64,000 nt of DNA from Amphiscolops sp. MND2022 (taxonomy: Eukaryota): positions 78,990,001 through 79,054,000 of the forward strand of contig OZ076409.1 of assembly GCA_964187785.1 (NCBI GenBank). The letters are read 5' to 3'. The notes under the pieces were generated by a model. It saw only the letters and a list, made by a program, of their open reading frames with translations. It had not been told where the DNA came from and made no database searches. Numbering within the stretch: position 1 is the first letter of the stretch; each line of letters begins with the position of its first letter. Positions 24,537 to 37,320 of the stretch are shown here, in pieces. The translations under genes and the position numbers were made by a program.

Positions 24537-25065
24537 ATGTCTGATAGTGATTCTTCCACTTGTGACAGTTCGGTTGATTTTGGGTGTAACGGAAATGGAG
24601 AAATCACACCGCAATTTCATAACACTGAGACATCAGAGAGGTCACATAACAGCGGAATGACGTCACCACAGTTAAGTATATCATGTGTTTTATTCCGAGG
24701 CTGCTGTCAATTTCGTTTGTTATTCTGTTTTCATCAACTTTTTCCCCTAGCTGTGAGTACCAATTTTCTCAGGAATTGTCTCTGATCTTTGCTTTGTTGT
24801 TCAGATCCTGAAGTCAAATCCTCTCCCAACCGAGGCGGAAAAAACAAGCGCAGAAAAGATCCTCGAAAACCACCAGCTGCGTCTAGCAGGAATTTTGCGT
24901 GAAAACCGAGCCAATAATAGAGAGTTCCTCAACGTTACTGAGATTCTTCTGAATGGAGCAACGTTGCCAGCTGACAATTCGAAGGATGCAGAACCAATTA
25001 TGCATGAAGGAGTGAACCTCATGAAACTTTTTGCTGGCTCAGAGCCGAGTAAGTTCGGAAGGACA
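24537..25065 (+). pseudogene. Truncated paralog of the BEN-like gene
   Basis: AEPIMHEGVNLMKLFAGSEPSKFGRT parallels GEAIEFNGQNLLDLRSTDGPSAFGRV. Similarity stops where the tandem array begins. Confidence 0.55.
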
Positions 25066-25070
25066 CTTAA

Positions 25071-28000
25071 TTTAATGACTCATCTCAATTACGTTGTTCT
25101 TTTTTCGAAATGAAAATCTTTTGGTTACCAGGCTCAGCGATCGATTCCTTGCTTGCAGCCGAATCCACGGCTTGAAATTGATGTGTGGGGAGAATGAAAA
25201 TTTTGAAATCACCTTTGCTTCGCATTTTCGTTGGAGCGTTGACGTGCACTTCATCCGTTGGGGTAAAATGGTCAGATGGACTACTTTGATTGTAATCAAT
25301 TTGTGTGTTTTTGTCCCTGCGTCTGGTTGGTGCTTTTTCTAGGCACGACCTTTCAATCAAGTATTTGGACGTTTTTGGGGTTGAATTGAGCGAAAATTTG
25401 GTAGTAATTAGATGATAGATGCATTTTATCCAGTCTCCACTGCTACAGCTGTTAGCTTCGTGACCCCTAATTCTTCCGTCGTTTCTCGAGGTCCCGAAAG
25501 AGGGAATGCTAATGATTTATTACTCCTCGGTGACAGGTTGTTTACCAGCTCTTTCGCAAGATGAGCAATGTTCTAACCAGCTAAAAGTCGTTGGAACAGT
25601 TCAGTGATAAGGGGAAATATGGTCGTGACGACTTAAATGTTCACGAAGTTCATAATTTTTCAATGGAACTTCCTTCTCCAAGTGCTTCATGATAAGAAAG
25701 TAAAGAAAACTGCGCTCGCTACCTGATGATAAGAATGCGTATTGTCTTCTTTCGAAAAAATGTCTGGACCTGATAATTTGATGAATAACGCTGTTAGGTG
25801 GTGAAAAGTAGAACTTTTACCAAAAGTTGTTTTTCATGTTTAAACCTCATCATAGTTTGCACCCATTCAGCAACCATATGTGTCCGTGGAGTAGAAAATC
25901 TTCCAATGAAAGTGTAGCCTGCAGTTCCGAAGTTCTTAATATTTTCCATATCCAGGACATTTAATGACTCATCTCAATTACGTTGTTCTTTTTTCGAAAT
26001 GAAAATCTTTTGGTTACCAGGGTCAGCGATCGATTCCTTGCTTGCAGCCGAATCCACGGCTTGAAATTGATGTGTGGGGAGAATGAAAAATTTGAAATCA
26101 CCTTTGTTTCGCATTTTCGTTGGAGCGTTGACGTGCACTCCATCCGTTGGGGTAAAATGGTCAGATGGACTACTTTGATTGTAATCAATTTGTGTGTTTT
26201 TGTCCCTGCGTCTGGTTGGTGCTTTTTCTAGGCACGACCTTTCAATCAAGTATTTGGACGATTTTGGGGTTGAATTGAGCGAAAATTTGGTAGTAATAAG
26301 ATGATAGATGCATTTTATCCAGTCTCCACTGCTACTGCTGTTAGCTTCGTGACCCCTAATTCTTCCGTCGTTTCTCGAGGTCCGGAAAGAGGGAATGCTA
26401 ATGATTTATTACTCCTCGGTGACAGGTTGTTTACCAGCTCTTTCGCAAGATGAGCAATATTCTAACCAGCTAAAAGTCGTTGGAACAGTTCAGTGATAAG
26501 GGGAAATATGGTCGTGACGACTTAAATGTTCACGAAGTTCATAATTTTTCAATGGAACTTCCTTCTCCAAGTGCTTCATGATAAGAAAGTAAAGAAAACT
26601 GCGCTCGCTACCTGATGATAAGAATGCGTATTGTCTTCTTTCGAAAAAATGTCTGGACCTGATAATTTGATGAATAACGCTGTTAGGTGGTGAAAAGTAG
26701 AACTTTTACCAAAAGTTGTTTTTCATGTTTAAACCTCATCATAGTTTGCACCCATTCAGCAACCATATGTGTCCGTGGAGTAGAAAATCTTCCAATGAAA
26801 GTGTAGCCTGCAGTTCCGAAGTTCTTAATATTTTCCATATCCAGGACATTTAATGACTCATCTCAATTACGTTGTTCTTTTTTCGAAATGAAAATCTTTT
26901 GGTTACCAGGCTCAGCGATCGATTCCTTGCTTGCAGCCGAATCCACGGCTTGAAATTGATGTGTGGGGAGAATGAAAATTTTGAAATCACCTTTGCTTCG
27001 CATTTTCGTTGGAGCGTTGACGTGCACTTCATCCGTTGGGGTAAAATGGTCAGATGGACTACTTTGATTGTAATCAGTTTGTGTGTTTTTGTCCCTGCGT
27101 CTGGTTGGTGCTTTTTCTAGGTACGACCTTTCAATCAAGTATTTGGACGATTTTGGGGTTGAATTGAGCGAAAATTTGGTAGTAATAAGATGATAGATGC
27201 ATTTTATCCAGTCTCCACTGCTACTGCTGTTAGCTTCGTGACCCCTAATTCTTCCGTCGTTTCTCGAGGTCCGGAAAGAGGGAATGCTAATGATTTATTA
27301 CTCCTCGGTGACAGGTTGTTTACCAGCTCTTTCGCAAGATGAGCAATGTTCTAACCAGCTAAAAGTCGTTGGAACAGTTCAGTGATAAGGGGAAATATGA
27401 TCGTGACGACTTAAATGTTCACGAAGTTCATAATTTTTCAATGGAACTTCCTTCTCCAAGTGCTTCATGATAAGAAAGTAAAGAAAACTGCGCTCGCTAC
27501 CTGATGATAAGAATGCGTATTGTCTTCTTTCGAAAAAATGTCTGGACCTGATAAGTTGATGAATAACGCTGTTAGGTGGTGAAAAGTAGAACTTTTACCA
27601 AAAGTTGTTTTTCATGTTTAAACCTCATCATAGTTTGCACCCATTCAGCAACCATATGTGTCCGTGGAGTAGAAAATCTTCCAATGAAAGTGTAGCCTGC
27701 AGTTCCGAAGTTCTTAATATTTTCCATATCCAGGACATTTAATGACTCATCTCAATTACGTTGTTCTTTTTTCGAAATAAAAATCTTTTGGTTACTAGGC
27801 TCAGCGATCGATTCCTTGCTTGCAGCCGAATCCACGGCTTGAAATTGATGTGTGGGGAGAATGAAAATTTTGAAATCACCTTTGCTTCGCATATTCGTTG
27901 GAGCGTTGACGTGCACTTCATCCGTTGGGGTAAAATGGTCAGATGGACTACTTTGATTGCAATCAATTTGTGTTTTTGTCCCTGCGTCTGGTTGGTGCTT

Positions 28001-29841
28001 TTTCTAGGCAGAACCTTTCAATCAATTATTTGGACGATTTTGGGGTTGAAATGAGCGAAAATTTGGTAGTAATAAGATGATAGATGCATTTTATCCAGTC
28101 TCCACTGCTACTGCTGTTAGCTTCGTGACCCCTAATTCTTCCGTCGTTTCTCGAGGTCCGGAAAGAGGGAATGCTAATGATTTATTACTCCTCGGTGACA
28201 GGTTGTTTACCAGCTCTTTCGCAAGATGAGCAATGTTCTAACCAGCTAAAAGTCGTTGGAACAGTTCAGTGATAAGGGGAAATATGGTCGTGACGACTTA
28301 AATGTTCACGAAGTTCATAATTTTTCAATGGAACTTCCTTCTCCAAGTGCTTCATGATAAGAAAGTAAAGAAAACTGCGCTCGCTACCTGATGATAAGAA
28401 TGCGTATTGTCTTCTTTCGAAAAAATGTCTGGACCTGATAATTTGATGAATAACGCTGTTAGGTGGTGAAAAGTAGAACTTTTACCAAAAGTTGTTTTTC
28501 ATGTTTAAACCTCATCATAGTTTGCACCCATTCAGCAACCATATGTGTCCGTGGAGTAGAAAATCTTCCAATGAAAGTGTAGCCTGCAGTTCCGAAGTTC
28601 TTAATATTTTCCATATCCAGGACATTTAATGACTCATCTCAATTACGTTGTTCTTTTTTCGAAATAAAAATCTTTTGGTTACCAGGCTCAGCGATCGATT
28701 CCTTGCTTGCAGCCGAATCCACGGCTTGAAATTGATGTGTGGGGAGAATGAAAATTTTGAAATCACCTTTGCTTCGCATTTTCGTTGGAGCGTTGACGTG
28801 CACTTCATCCGTTGGGGTAAAATGGTCAGATGGACTACTTTGATTGCAATCAATTTGTGTTTTTGTCCCTGCGTCTGGTTGGTGCTTTTTCTAGGCAGAA
28901 CCTTTCAATCAATTATTTGGACGATTTTGGGGTTGAAATGAGCGAAAATTTGGTAGTAATAAGACGATAGATGCATTTTATCCAGTCTCCACTGCTACTG
29001 CTGTTAGCTTCGTGACCCCTAATTCTTCCGTCGTTTCTCGAGGTCCGGAAAGAGGGAATGCTAATGATTTATTACTTCTCGGTGACAGGTTGTTTACCAG
29101 CTCTTTCGCAAGATGAGCAATGTTCTAACCAGCTAAAAGTCGTTGGAACAGTTCAGTGATAAGGGGAAATTTGGTCGTGACGACTTAAATGTTCACGAAG
29201 TTCATAATTTTTCAATGGAACTTCCTTCTCCAAGTGCTTCATGATAAGAAAGTAAAGAAAACTGCGCTCGCTACCTGATGATAAGAATGCGTATTGTCTT
29301 CTTTCGAAAAAATGTCTGGACCTGATAATTTGATGAATAACGCTGTTAGGTGGTGAAAAGTAGAACTTTTACCAAAAGTTGTTTTTCATGTTTAAACCTC
29401 ATCATAGTTTGCACCCATTCAGCAACCATATGTGTCCGTGGAGTAGAAAATCTTCCAATGAAAGTGTAGCCTGCAGTTCCGAAGTTCTTAATATTTTCCA
29501 TATCCAGGACATTTAATGACTCATCTCAATTACGTTGTTCTTTTTTCGAAATAAAAATCTTTTGGTTACCAGGCTCAGCGATCGATTCCTTGCTTGCAGC
29601 CGAATCCACGGCTTGAAATTGATGTGTGGGGAGAATGAAAATTTTGAAATCACCTTTGCTTCGCATTTTCGTTGGAGCGTTGACGTGCACTTCATCCGTT
29701 GGGGTAAAATGGTCAGATGGACTACTTTGATTGCAATCAATTTGTGTTTTTGTCCCTGCGTCTGGTTGGTGCTTTTTCTAGGCAGAACCTTTCAATCAAT
29801 TATTTGGACGATTTTGGGGTTGAAATGAGCGAAAATTTGGT
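25071..29841. repeat. Tandem array of ~5.4 near-identical 889/887-bp units
   Basis: Repeated ORFs recur at 25072, 25961, 26850, 27739, 28626 and 29513 (spacing 889, 889, 889, 887, 887). A diverged partial monomer lies at ~19240-19458. Confidence 0.95.
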
Positions 29842-30744
29842 GGTGTAAACTTGTACAGTGATTAATTGTGCTCTAAGTAAAGATTAAACAGGATTGTATT
29901 GGTATTCCAGATATGATTCTTTCATTAATGATTTTTTTGTTTCAAAAAAAAATGCAGATTAAAGCAGAAATAGTAATGATCCCCGGAGGGGCCTATTTTT
30001 CCTGAAAGTGCTTCTTTTTGTTGATATCAGTGTCGGCTGTGTGGCAGTTGCCTACGATATTCCCGAAACAATTGGAAGTTTTCGAGGTCCTGACTTGGTT
30101 TTTGAATGGATCTTGAAAACCTCCAAGTCTTCAGTTTAGTTGTTCACGAGTTGTGTCTGCTTCACTCTCTTTTTGTTGGTTCTGATATTTGTACTGTCTC
30201 ATATGCGTCCGCTTTAAAAGCGCTTCTCTATTAGTTTTTCACAAAACGAAAGAATAAGACGTCTCGATCTGACTTTTGGAATATTCTCGAAATTTTCGTG
30301 AAACTGTCGTAAGAGTTTTTTCGTTGTTTGTTTGGTTTACTTTGATTTTTTTTCTGAAAGTGCTTCATTTTGTGGTTATCAGTGTTGGCTGTGTAGCAGC
30401 TGGCTACGATATTCTTGGAAAATTGGAGGTTTTCGAGGTCTGGACGAAAAATGTGGACGAAAAAGAAGTTTCGGAAACGAATAATTGCTACAGATGGGCT
30501 AAACTCCTCAGAAATATGCTGCTTCATGAAAATTTTTATTTTCTTTTCCTTGATTTTTTTTCGATTACGTTTTATTTGTTTTTTTTTAATTATTCAAATT
30601 GAAATAAATTTGTTTTTGGTCCGTTGTTGTGTTCAAATCTTGTTGAGCTTCTAGCGAAAGGTGCCACTTCCAGAAAAAATGATGAGTCCTAATATGACTT
30701 GTATTTTGTGAGTATAGTAACAGAAGAGCAGGTTTCATCAAAGT

Positions 30745-31012
30745 GCCATACTTCAAAAAACATGATTTCCATAAGAAAGCCATACTTAGAAAACATGGCA
30801 TCCATAGAATGGCCATACTTCAAAAAACATGGTTTCCATAAAAGGGCCATACTTGAAAACATGGTTTCCATGAAAGGGTCATACTTGGAAACATGGTTTC
30901 CATAAAAGGGCCATACTTGAAAACATGGTTTCCATGAAAGGGTCATACTTGGAAACATGGTTTCCATAAAAGGGCCATACTTGAAAACATGGTTTCCATA
31001 GAAGGGCCATAC
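30745..31012. repeat. Subterminal ~29-30-bp tandem repeats of the large CCC element
   Basis: About 8-9 copies of GCCATACTTGAAAACATGGTTTCCATAAAAGG-like units. Confidence 0.85.
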
Positions 31013-33974
31013 AGTTATATGAAATCATGCAATCCATACAATGATCATATATGGAAAACATTAAAGTCATAGCAAGAACATAAAATGTTTTTTTTTGTAT
31101 GGCAACTAATTTCCATATATGGAAACATTTTATGGTTTGCATGTCAGGTCAACCCGGGATCTCTTCCTCATTGGTCAATCGATTGTTATTTACTTGTGAA
31201 ATGGAAGTTCATCCTAAATTCATCAACTCAAACTTAAAGAGTAAATGTACTGTTTTGGAGTAGTGAATAGTCCCCCCTCCTGTGTAATCCATCGCTAATC
31301 ACTCTGTGAGGTAATTTAGATTCACGATGATGAAAATCGGATACGCTTCAACACTCTATGCATTTGGTTTGCAAGGGTTCGTAGTTTTTACATCATTTCA
31401 CTATAAATGCGCTGCAGGTAAATAGAAAGTGTTGTAAAATGATTATTCACGAACAATTAACCAGATATGTTAGTTTTGCATTAGCATTGGCCACCCGGCG
31501 GCAACTCGCACTACAAGTTGCCACGTGACTATTAATTAGCACCAACCCGGGGTAGCGAGGGGAAGCGGTAGATGATTAGAGTTGCGTCTTACCATCTGAC
31601 AATGACAAGCCTAATTGCCAAAGGGGAGTCCGTATTACTGACTAGTCATTGAGAATTGAGCAACTATATTGATCAGTTAACGAAATTTTACAGAAACTCT
31701 ACCACAAATCTAAGTTCAGACTCAAATAACTGACATCTCATCTAACTCTGATCGTCTAGTTTTGTTAACTATTCAGATTTTTTGGCTAAACTCGGCGTCT
31801 TTACATCTTTTATCGCTGTTTTCTCATTGAACACATACGAGCAGTAAAATGTAGATTGGAACGAATCACTCAGCAAAATCATCGTAAATTCGTCACCCAT
31901 ACAAAAATACCATTTGTAAACTCGGCTCTTATATAAATTGATGTCATACTGTAAAGCTCACATTTTTGTGCTGAGAATATTGCTAGAATAAATCGAAATG
32001 TGCTGTAAAGTCCACGTTTTCACAGTCGTTGCCCCATTTCAATATTCGAACATACCTCTTCTGAGCTGTGTTTCGACTGTTGTTTCACTTTAGGTGGGAC
32101 TTAGTGTCCGTCGGGCTCTACCAATGAACAACGGGCTCTACCAAGATTAAACAAAAGATACTGACGACGAAATTTCTGGTCATCCAAGTTCTACCTTGTG
32201 TGACGCTTTACTTTCATCAGCTAAAATCACATTTTTTGCACCGGTCATTTGCACAAGGACCAGTGGCCAATTCTCTGGAAGTAGCCGTGCCGTCATCAAG
32301 TGCTTTTTGACAGATGAGAGTGGAATGAGTTTGTTCCAAGGCTACAGCTTGTAGATATTTCTACAATAGCTTTGAATGACGCGCAAAAGTATTATATTTG
32401 CGTTTTTGTCTACGAGAAAGAGAGCTTGTTTTGAGATGCTTCTACTAAGAGTTAGCAAGTTGAGCCTCCCGAATTCTTGTGGATGTCACTAGTTGGTTCG
32501 GGTCAGCCATCTATCGTGAGTATCCCCAACGTAGACTACATTCTTCTTGTCAGAGCTTCGGTTTCAAGCATTCCTCGAGGGGTTGAAGCCCCGACTACTG
32601 ATGAATTCATCGTTTTTGAGCCGGACGTTGGGACTACTGATTTAGCCACTGTTTACAGCACTCGGTAGAGTGCTGATTTTTGTGGTCGAGCTGGGATCTT
32701 CGAGCTGTCAGCTCCAGCTGGTTCTGCGCCGGGACTCGAGGTCAGGACAGTTGTCTTTTGCCTCTAGTGGATTGAATTATCCTAAAGTTCAGCATGCAAC
32801 GCAATGAAAAAGTGTTCCCGGCGTCATTTGTCTGTTGCTGAGGTGCCAAAGGCTGCAGAGGAGTTGATCGGGTCTAGAATTAGTAGTAGTACTGAAACGT
32901 AACTCTATTTCATATATTCTTTCTTCCGTTTCATTTCATTTCTGTAATCACTTCTTTTCTGTAATCACTGAATGTTCTTCAGGCTGATTCCGAATTTATT
33001 TTTATTCAGTCGAATTTACAGAATCAGTTGAACAGTTAGTAACTGAGTACTTCGTAATTTTAGTAAATCTGCGTAACTAAGGATTTCGAATTGGACGTAG
33101 GTTGTACTTTACTTACCGGACTGGTATTTCTGACAACCAATTCATCTTCAGTGCTGTCAGTTAATTCAGGAACGTTGGTATCTCTCGTCTGTGATTGAAT
33201 AAAAGGCCTACCTAGATGTAGGACACTAATTGGGATCTGATAATTTGTACGCAATTAGATCACCGTCACATAATTGGCCGGGTCAACATTTGTGCTAACG
33301 TGATCTTTGTGCACCGTGATCACGCTAGTGTTTATTGGGAAGTTGTCGCAGGGCTACGGCCTGTGACGGCAATTTCTATCAAATTCCAGCGCAAAATGAT
33401 AATACAAATCCTTAACTAGGGGTACTACCTGTTCAAACCATGAGGAGTTTCGGTCGATATGCCCACACCAGAACTAATATTTCATAGTTGGATTAGATCA
33501 TGTTTTGTCATTTAATATTCCGTTCTGTGCTTGTTACAATGTTGAATTACTGTTTTTTGATAATGTTTTCAATGTAATTATATCAGAAATGTAAAAGTTA
33601 GCGCCAATTGAATGAAAGGCATTCAATTGTGCTGAAGGAAAGGAACGAGTTCAAATGTTCTACTGCTGTAGATTAATGTACACGCGGTCCTGAATTCAAT
33701 AAGCCAATGAGAGTACAGCCGGACAGCCTTATTGTAAGTCAAATATAGTGCGCATTATGTAAATAGTCAATTTAAGTCTCTCGTGTAATTTTAACACCTA
33801 CAGGAGTAACTCATTTGATGCTATTTATATCCTGACAATAAGGTGACGTGCTGTTTCCCTTCGAGCTAAGGATGAGATCCTACGGCTCTCCGGTGTGTAG
33901 CAATAGGCATTTAAGAAGATTCAAGTATCTGCTAGTTATCTATTTCCACCGATGTTGAGCATGTGTCATGTAGA

Positions 33975-36339
33975 GTGAAGAGAGTAATAGAGTGAGTCAT
34001 TTTTAGGTTTTATTTATTAGCAGGATTTCCACCTAGCTACTACTTCCTGTGAAGAGGTGCTTGAGCCAGACAGAGCGACATTGATGTTATTGAGGTTCTC
34101 AGAGCACTGATGATCTGTGGTGGTCAGGCCTCACCTTAGTGGTTCTTGAGAACTACTCAATACGACATGTCCAGTAGGATTGCTCTGTGGAGTTTTCCTT
34201 CGTTTATTTCGGATGAAGTCTGATGTTTGGGCATTGATCTTTGGCACTCAGGCCGATCTGTGGTTCATCAGAGATTCCATTGTCAAAAGCTTCATCATTC
34301 TCAGAGGTATACCCAAAAGTGCTACCCGAGAAGGTTCCGCTTTAATGGTTTCTCTGTAGGTGTGATTTGAGCCAGCTTTTGGATTTAAAGGACTAACTGC
34401 AGTTTGTCATTGGGCAGGCAAAAGAGGATGCCTTGTTAAGATCAAACTGAACACGTTTTGCCGATAGAGATGTGTGATCTCTGAAACGTGCCTATTGTGT
34501 TCCTTGGCTTCGGCGAATGTTAAATTGCAGCCCTAGGAAGGACACGCTAGTGAATGGGTTCTCGTTCCCACTAAACGAACATCAGGTACTTTTTCATGAC
34601 ATCTGAAGTCTTTCTTATATGGCGCGTCAATCCAGTCTGAGGGTAAGTACATCGCGCTCGAGCCTGTTTCATCCAGCATCGCTGCCAGAGTTTAGAGTCA
34701 TTGACTGGTATTCAAGGGATTTGAGGCCATGTCATAGGTTCAGTCTTCTGATTCCCAGCTCTGCGCATATGTCCCTTAGGTGAATCAGCTCAGCCAGATG
34801 TGTACATCTGTTTCCTGTTTGTCCTGAACTCGCAGAATCAATCTACGGGCTTTGTTAAGAACAGCGTTTGATTTAGACAAGTGGCACTCACGAGTCACAC
34901 CAGTTTCTAGACCATAGAAGAGTAAAGGTTTGATTGAGACTTCGACCGAGCAAACTTTTTTCTAAACAACAGAGAGCCACTTACAAGTGTTGCTCTCAAC
35001 TTTACTAAGCCAGCCTGGCCTTGGTAAGATTATCTCTAACTAAGCTCGCCTGGCCGTTGTCAGCATCATTTATACAATCTAGATAGTTGAAACTGTTCAC
35101 TAGTTTTATCGGGCCGTTTGATACCTAGAATTCAGACAGTAGCTCGTTTGTTTTTCCCCACAATTTAGTACTTTGTCTTATGGGCAGAAAATTCTATGCC
35201 AAACTTCCGGATCTCATCCTTCAGACTTTGAAGCTTTGAGCGCATTGTCTTTCATCAAACGGTAACAACACAAGGTCCTCGGCGTATGCAAGGTGATCAA
35301 TGAGATAGGAGTTGTCTCGTGCACAAATTCAAAGATCTCGTGCACAAATAGTCCATTGCTATGGTGCACCACCCACCATTCCCTTAAACAACTTCGAACT
35401 GCAAAACAACTATTTGGGGAGATCTCTCCAAATGGAGTTGAGTGCACTGCTTCAACCAATCTACTTTATCAACTTCTTTAACTAGATCAATAAACACTTA
35501 TTACAAATTCTAATTTAGGTCTTTGACCTTTGTATCAGTTTTCGCAAGGCCCAAATGACCTGTGCTGTACTTTCGTGTTTACGTAAACTAAACTTGTAGT
35601 CCATTCTCGTGCTATAAAAGCCTTGGAGCCTGCGACACGCTACTCGACAAAAGAGCTTACTAACGGAATCTAGAAGGAATAGTCCACGATAATTGTTGGG
35701 ATCCTCGCGATCCCTTTTTTGGAATAGTGATCTCACCGTGGCATCGTTGTACCTCCGCGGCAATGGGTCTGGATTGTCCCAGTGGACTTGGAATAGTTCC
35801 AGAAATTGCTCTCTTGCGAATCCAAAAAAGTTTTTAGAAGTTCCGTCGTGATCCCGCTCTTCCTTGGCGCCTTGCCTCTTCTATTTAGAGTAAGAACAAC
35901 CTGAACTTCGTAGAGAACTGGACCGTCTGATTCTTCATCGACAATGTCACTTACAGGAGAGATTGCCACCAACTATGCTTGAGATCCCGCGCCGTCAACG
36001 TTAGAAAGATGTCCGGATAGGTTCCGCGCGTCACCTAACTCTTGTTGACGATTAAGAAGCTCAGAAGGGGCCAGAGGGTTCTGGGTGGTGAGAGTTGCGC
36101 AGCTCTCAAAGCCGTCACCCTCTGCTGATGACGTAGCTTTAAAAAGTTCGCCCTAAGGTTGGTAGAAATCCTATGTCGAGGGTCCGACACTCTTCCGTCC
36201 CCTCTCAAACCAGGAGATATTAACGGTCCTCAAGGTTTCCTTCAGTCTTCTGTAGGCTCCTCATGTAACCGTTCTTCATTCTTCATTTAAGCAAACTCAG
36301 CAAGGTCAGATTCGAGAGCTCTCTTTCTCTCTTCCTCTT

Positions 36340-36406
<67 letters not shown>

Positions 36407-37320
36407 CTGACCGTTTTTGGTAGCTGGTTATTGCTTTTTAAGATCTTAGCTATAGCTGGGTTGTTTCAGTCCTGAAGGTACGTTTTATAAGCAATTTCAC
36501 GCTCTTTCAGGCTTCTCCATCCATCTGCGATGATAAAGCGTGCCCAACACTCAGCTTTGACTATTGGTGTATCCGCAATCTCACATGCCGATACCACCAT
36601 ATCCAGTAGATTTGGTAGATCGGTGTGGTTCGGTATTTTCTCCAGTTTCCCTTTCAGTTCCTCGCGGAACTTACTACGGTTCGCATTCGAGTGCAAGATG
36701 TGTTCACATGCTTGTCTTTGTGAGAGTTGAGCCTTGGGTGTCACTGTGGAACGAGTTTGTGGTTTCCGGACATCCCATGTGCCACCCTGTTTGAAACGGG
36801 TTCAAAAAAACGACACTGATTTCTTTTCCGATGGTCTCGACTCCGCTAATGTTGGGTTCATTCATACGTGGTCCACTACTGTGAATTAGGCACCGTAATC
36901 CCTCTCTTACTACGCCGTCTCCACATCACACTTGGGGTCTTGGTGCGGTTGCTGTGGTGAATGTGAAACCTTCAGCTGGTATACTTCCTATGAAAGTTGT
37001 GTTAGGGAGAAGAATCCCGTAAACAGGGCTATAGTTTACTTCTCCCATTACAGAAGAAGTAGCTACTCCTTCCGCCTGAGACGTTTTCAAAGCCTAGCAG
37101 CTTTTAATAGACTTCACCGGTTCCTGATAGTGTGTGATTGTCCTGCGCAGTGCGCGAGGATGCCGAGGAAAAAGAACTATTGATTTTCGGGCATCACCGA
37201 TTCCTTTTGTCATTGTTTTTTTACTATGCTTGACTATCTCACTAGCTACCTGACAGTTAAGAGATCCAGGGCTTCTCCCAGTCCCATTATCGCTCACAAT
37301 AGAGGCCGTGATTACCTCAG
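33975..37320 (-). mobile_element. Degenerate RTE-like LINE
   Basis: GKAP..GITTELLK, LFQK.DREDPNNYRG.FLLDSVSKLF, FNYLDC, KPLLFYGLET and decayed C-terminal Cys/His motifs. AATAAA and a short-repeat tail near 33975-34020. Boundaries approximate. Confidence 0.75.
36319..36396. repeat. (TC)n microsatellite
   Basis: Directly visible imperfect TC run. Confidence 0.95.

Larger units (their letters stand above)
14319..31158. mobile_element. ~16.8-kb CMC/EnSpm-type cargo-carrying element with no catalytic transposase recognised
   Basis: 12-bp TIR CCCGGGTTGACC (14319-14330; 31147-31158) with AT on both flanks. Related AAACATG(G)TTTCCATA subterminal repeats at both ends. 130-bp direct repeat at 14664-14793 and 30631-30760. 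Confidence 0.7.

Noticed and set aside
25072..29828. Repeated 75-97-aa ORFs as real genes
   Set aside because: They overlap in several frames, their ends shift with unit indels and they show no recognisable domain. Coding status cannot be supported.
30745..31012. CRISPR-like array
   Set aside because: Repeats are contiguous with no unique spacers, there are no cas genes, and the context is eukaryotic. They are transposon subterminal repeats.
30586..31142. ORFs with repeated WKPCF/METMF peptides
   Set aside because: Translation of the 29-30-bp tandem repeats.
31700..33300. Possible gag-like remnant
   Set aside because: Too degraded, with no diagnostic motif.
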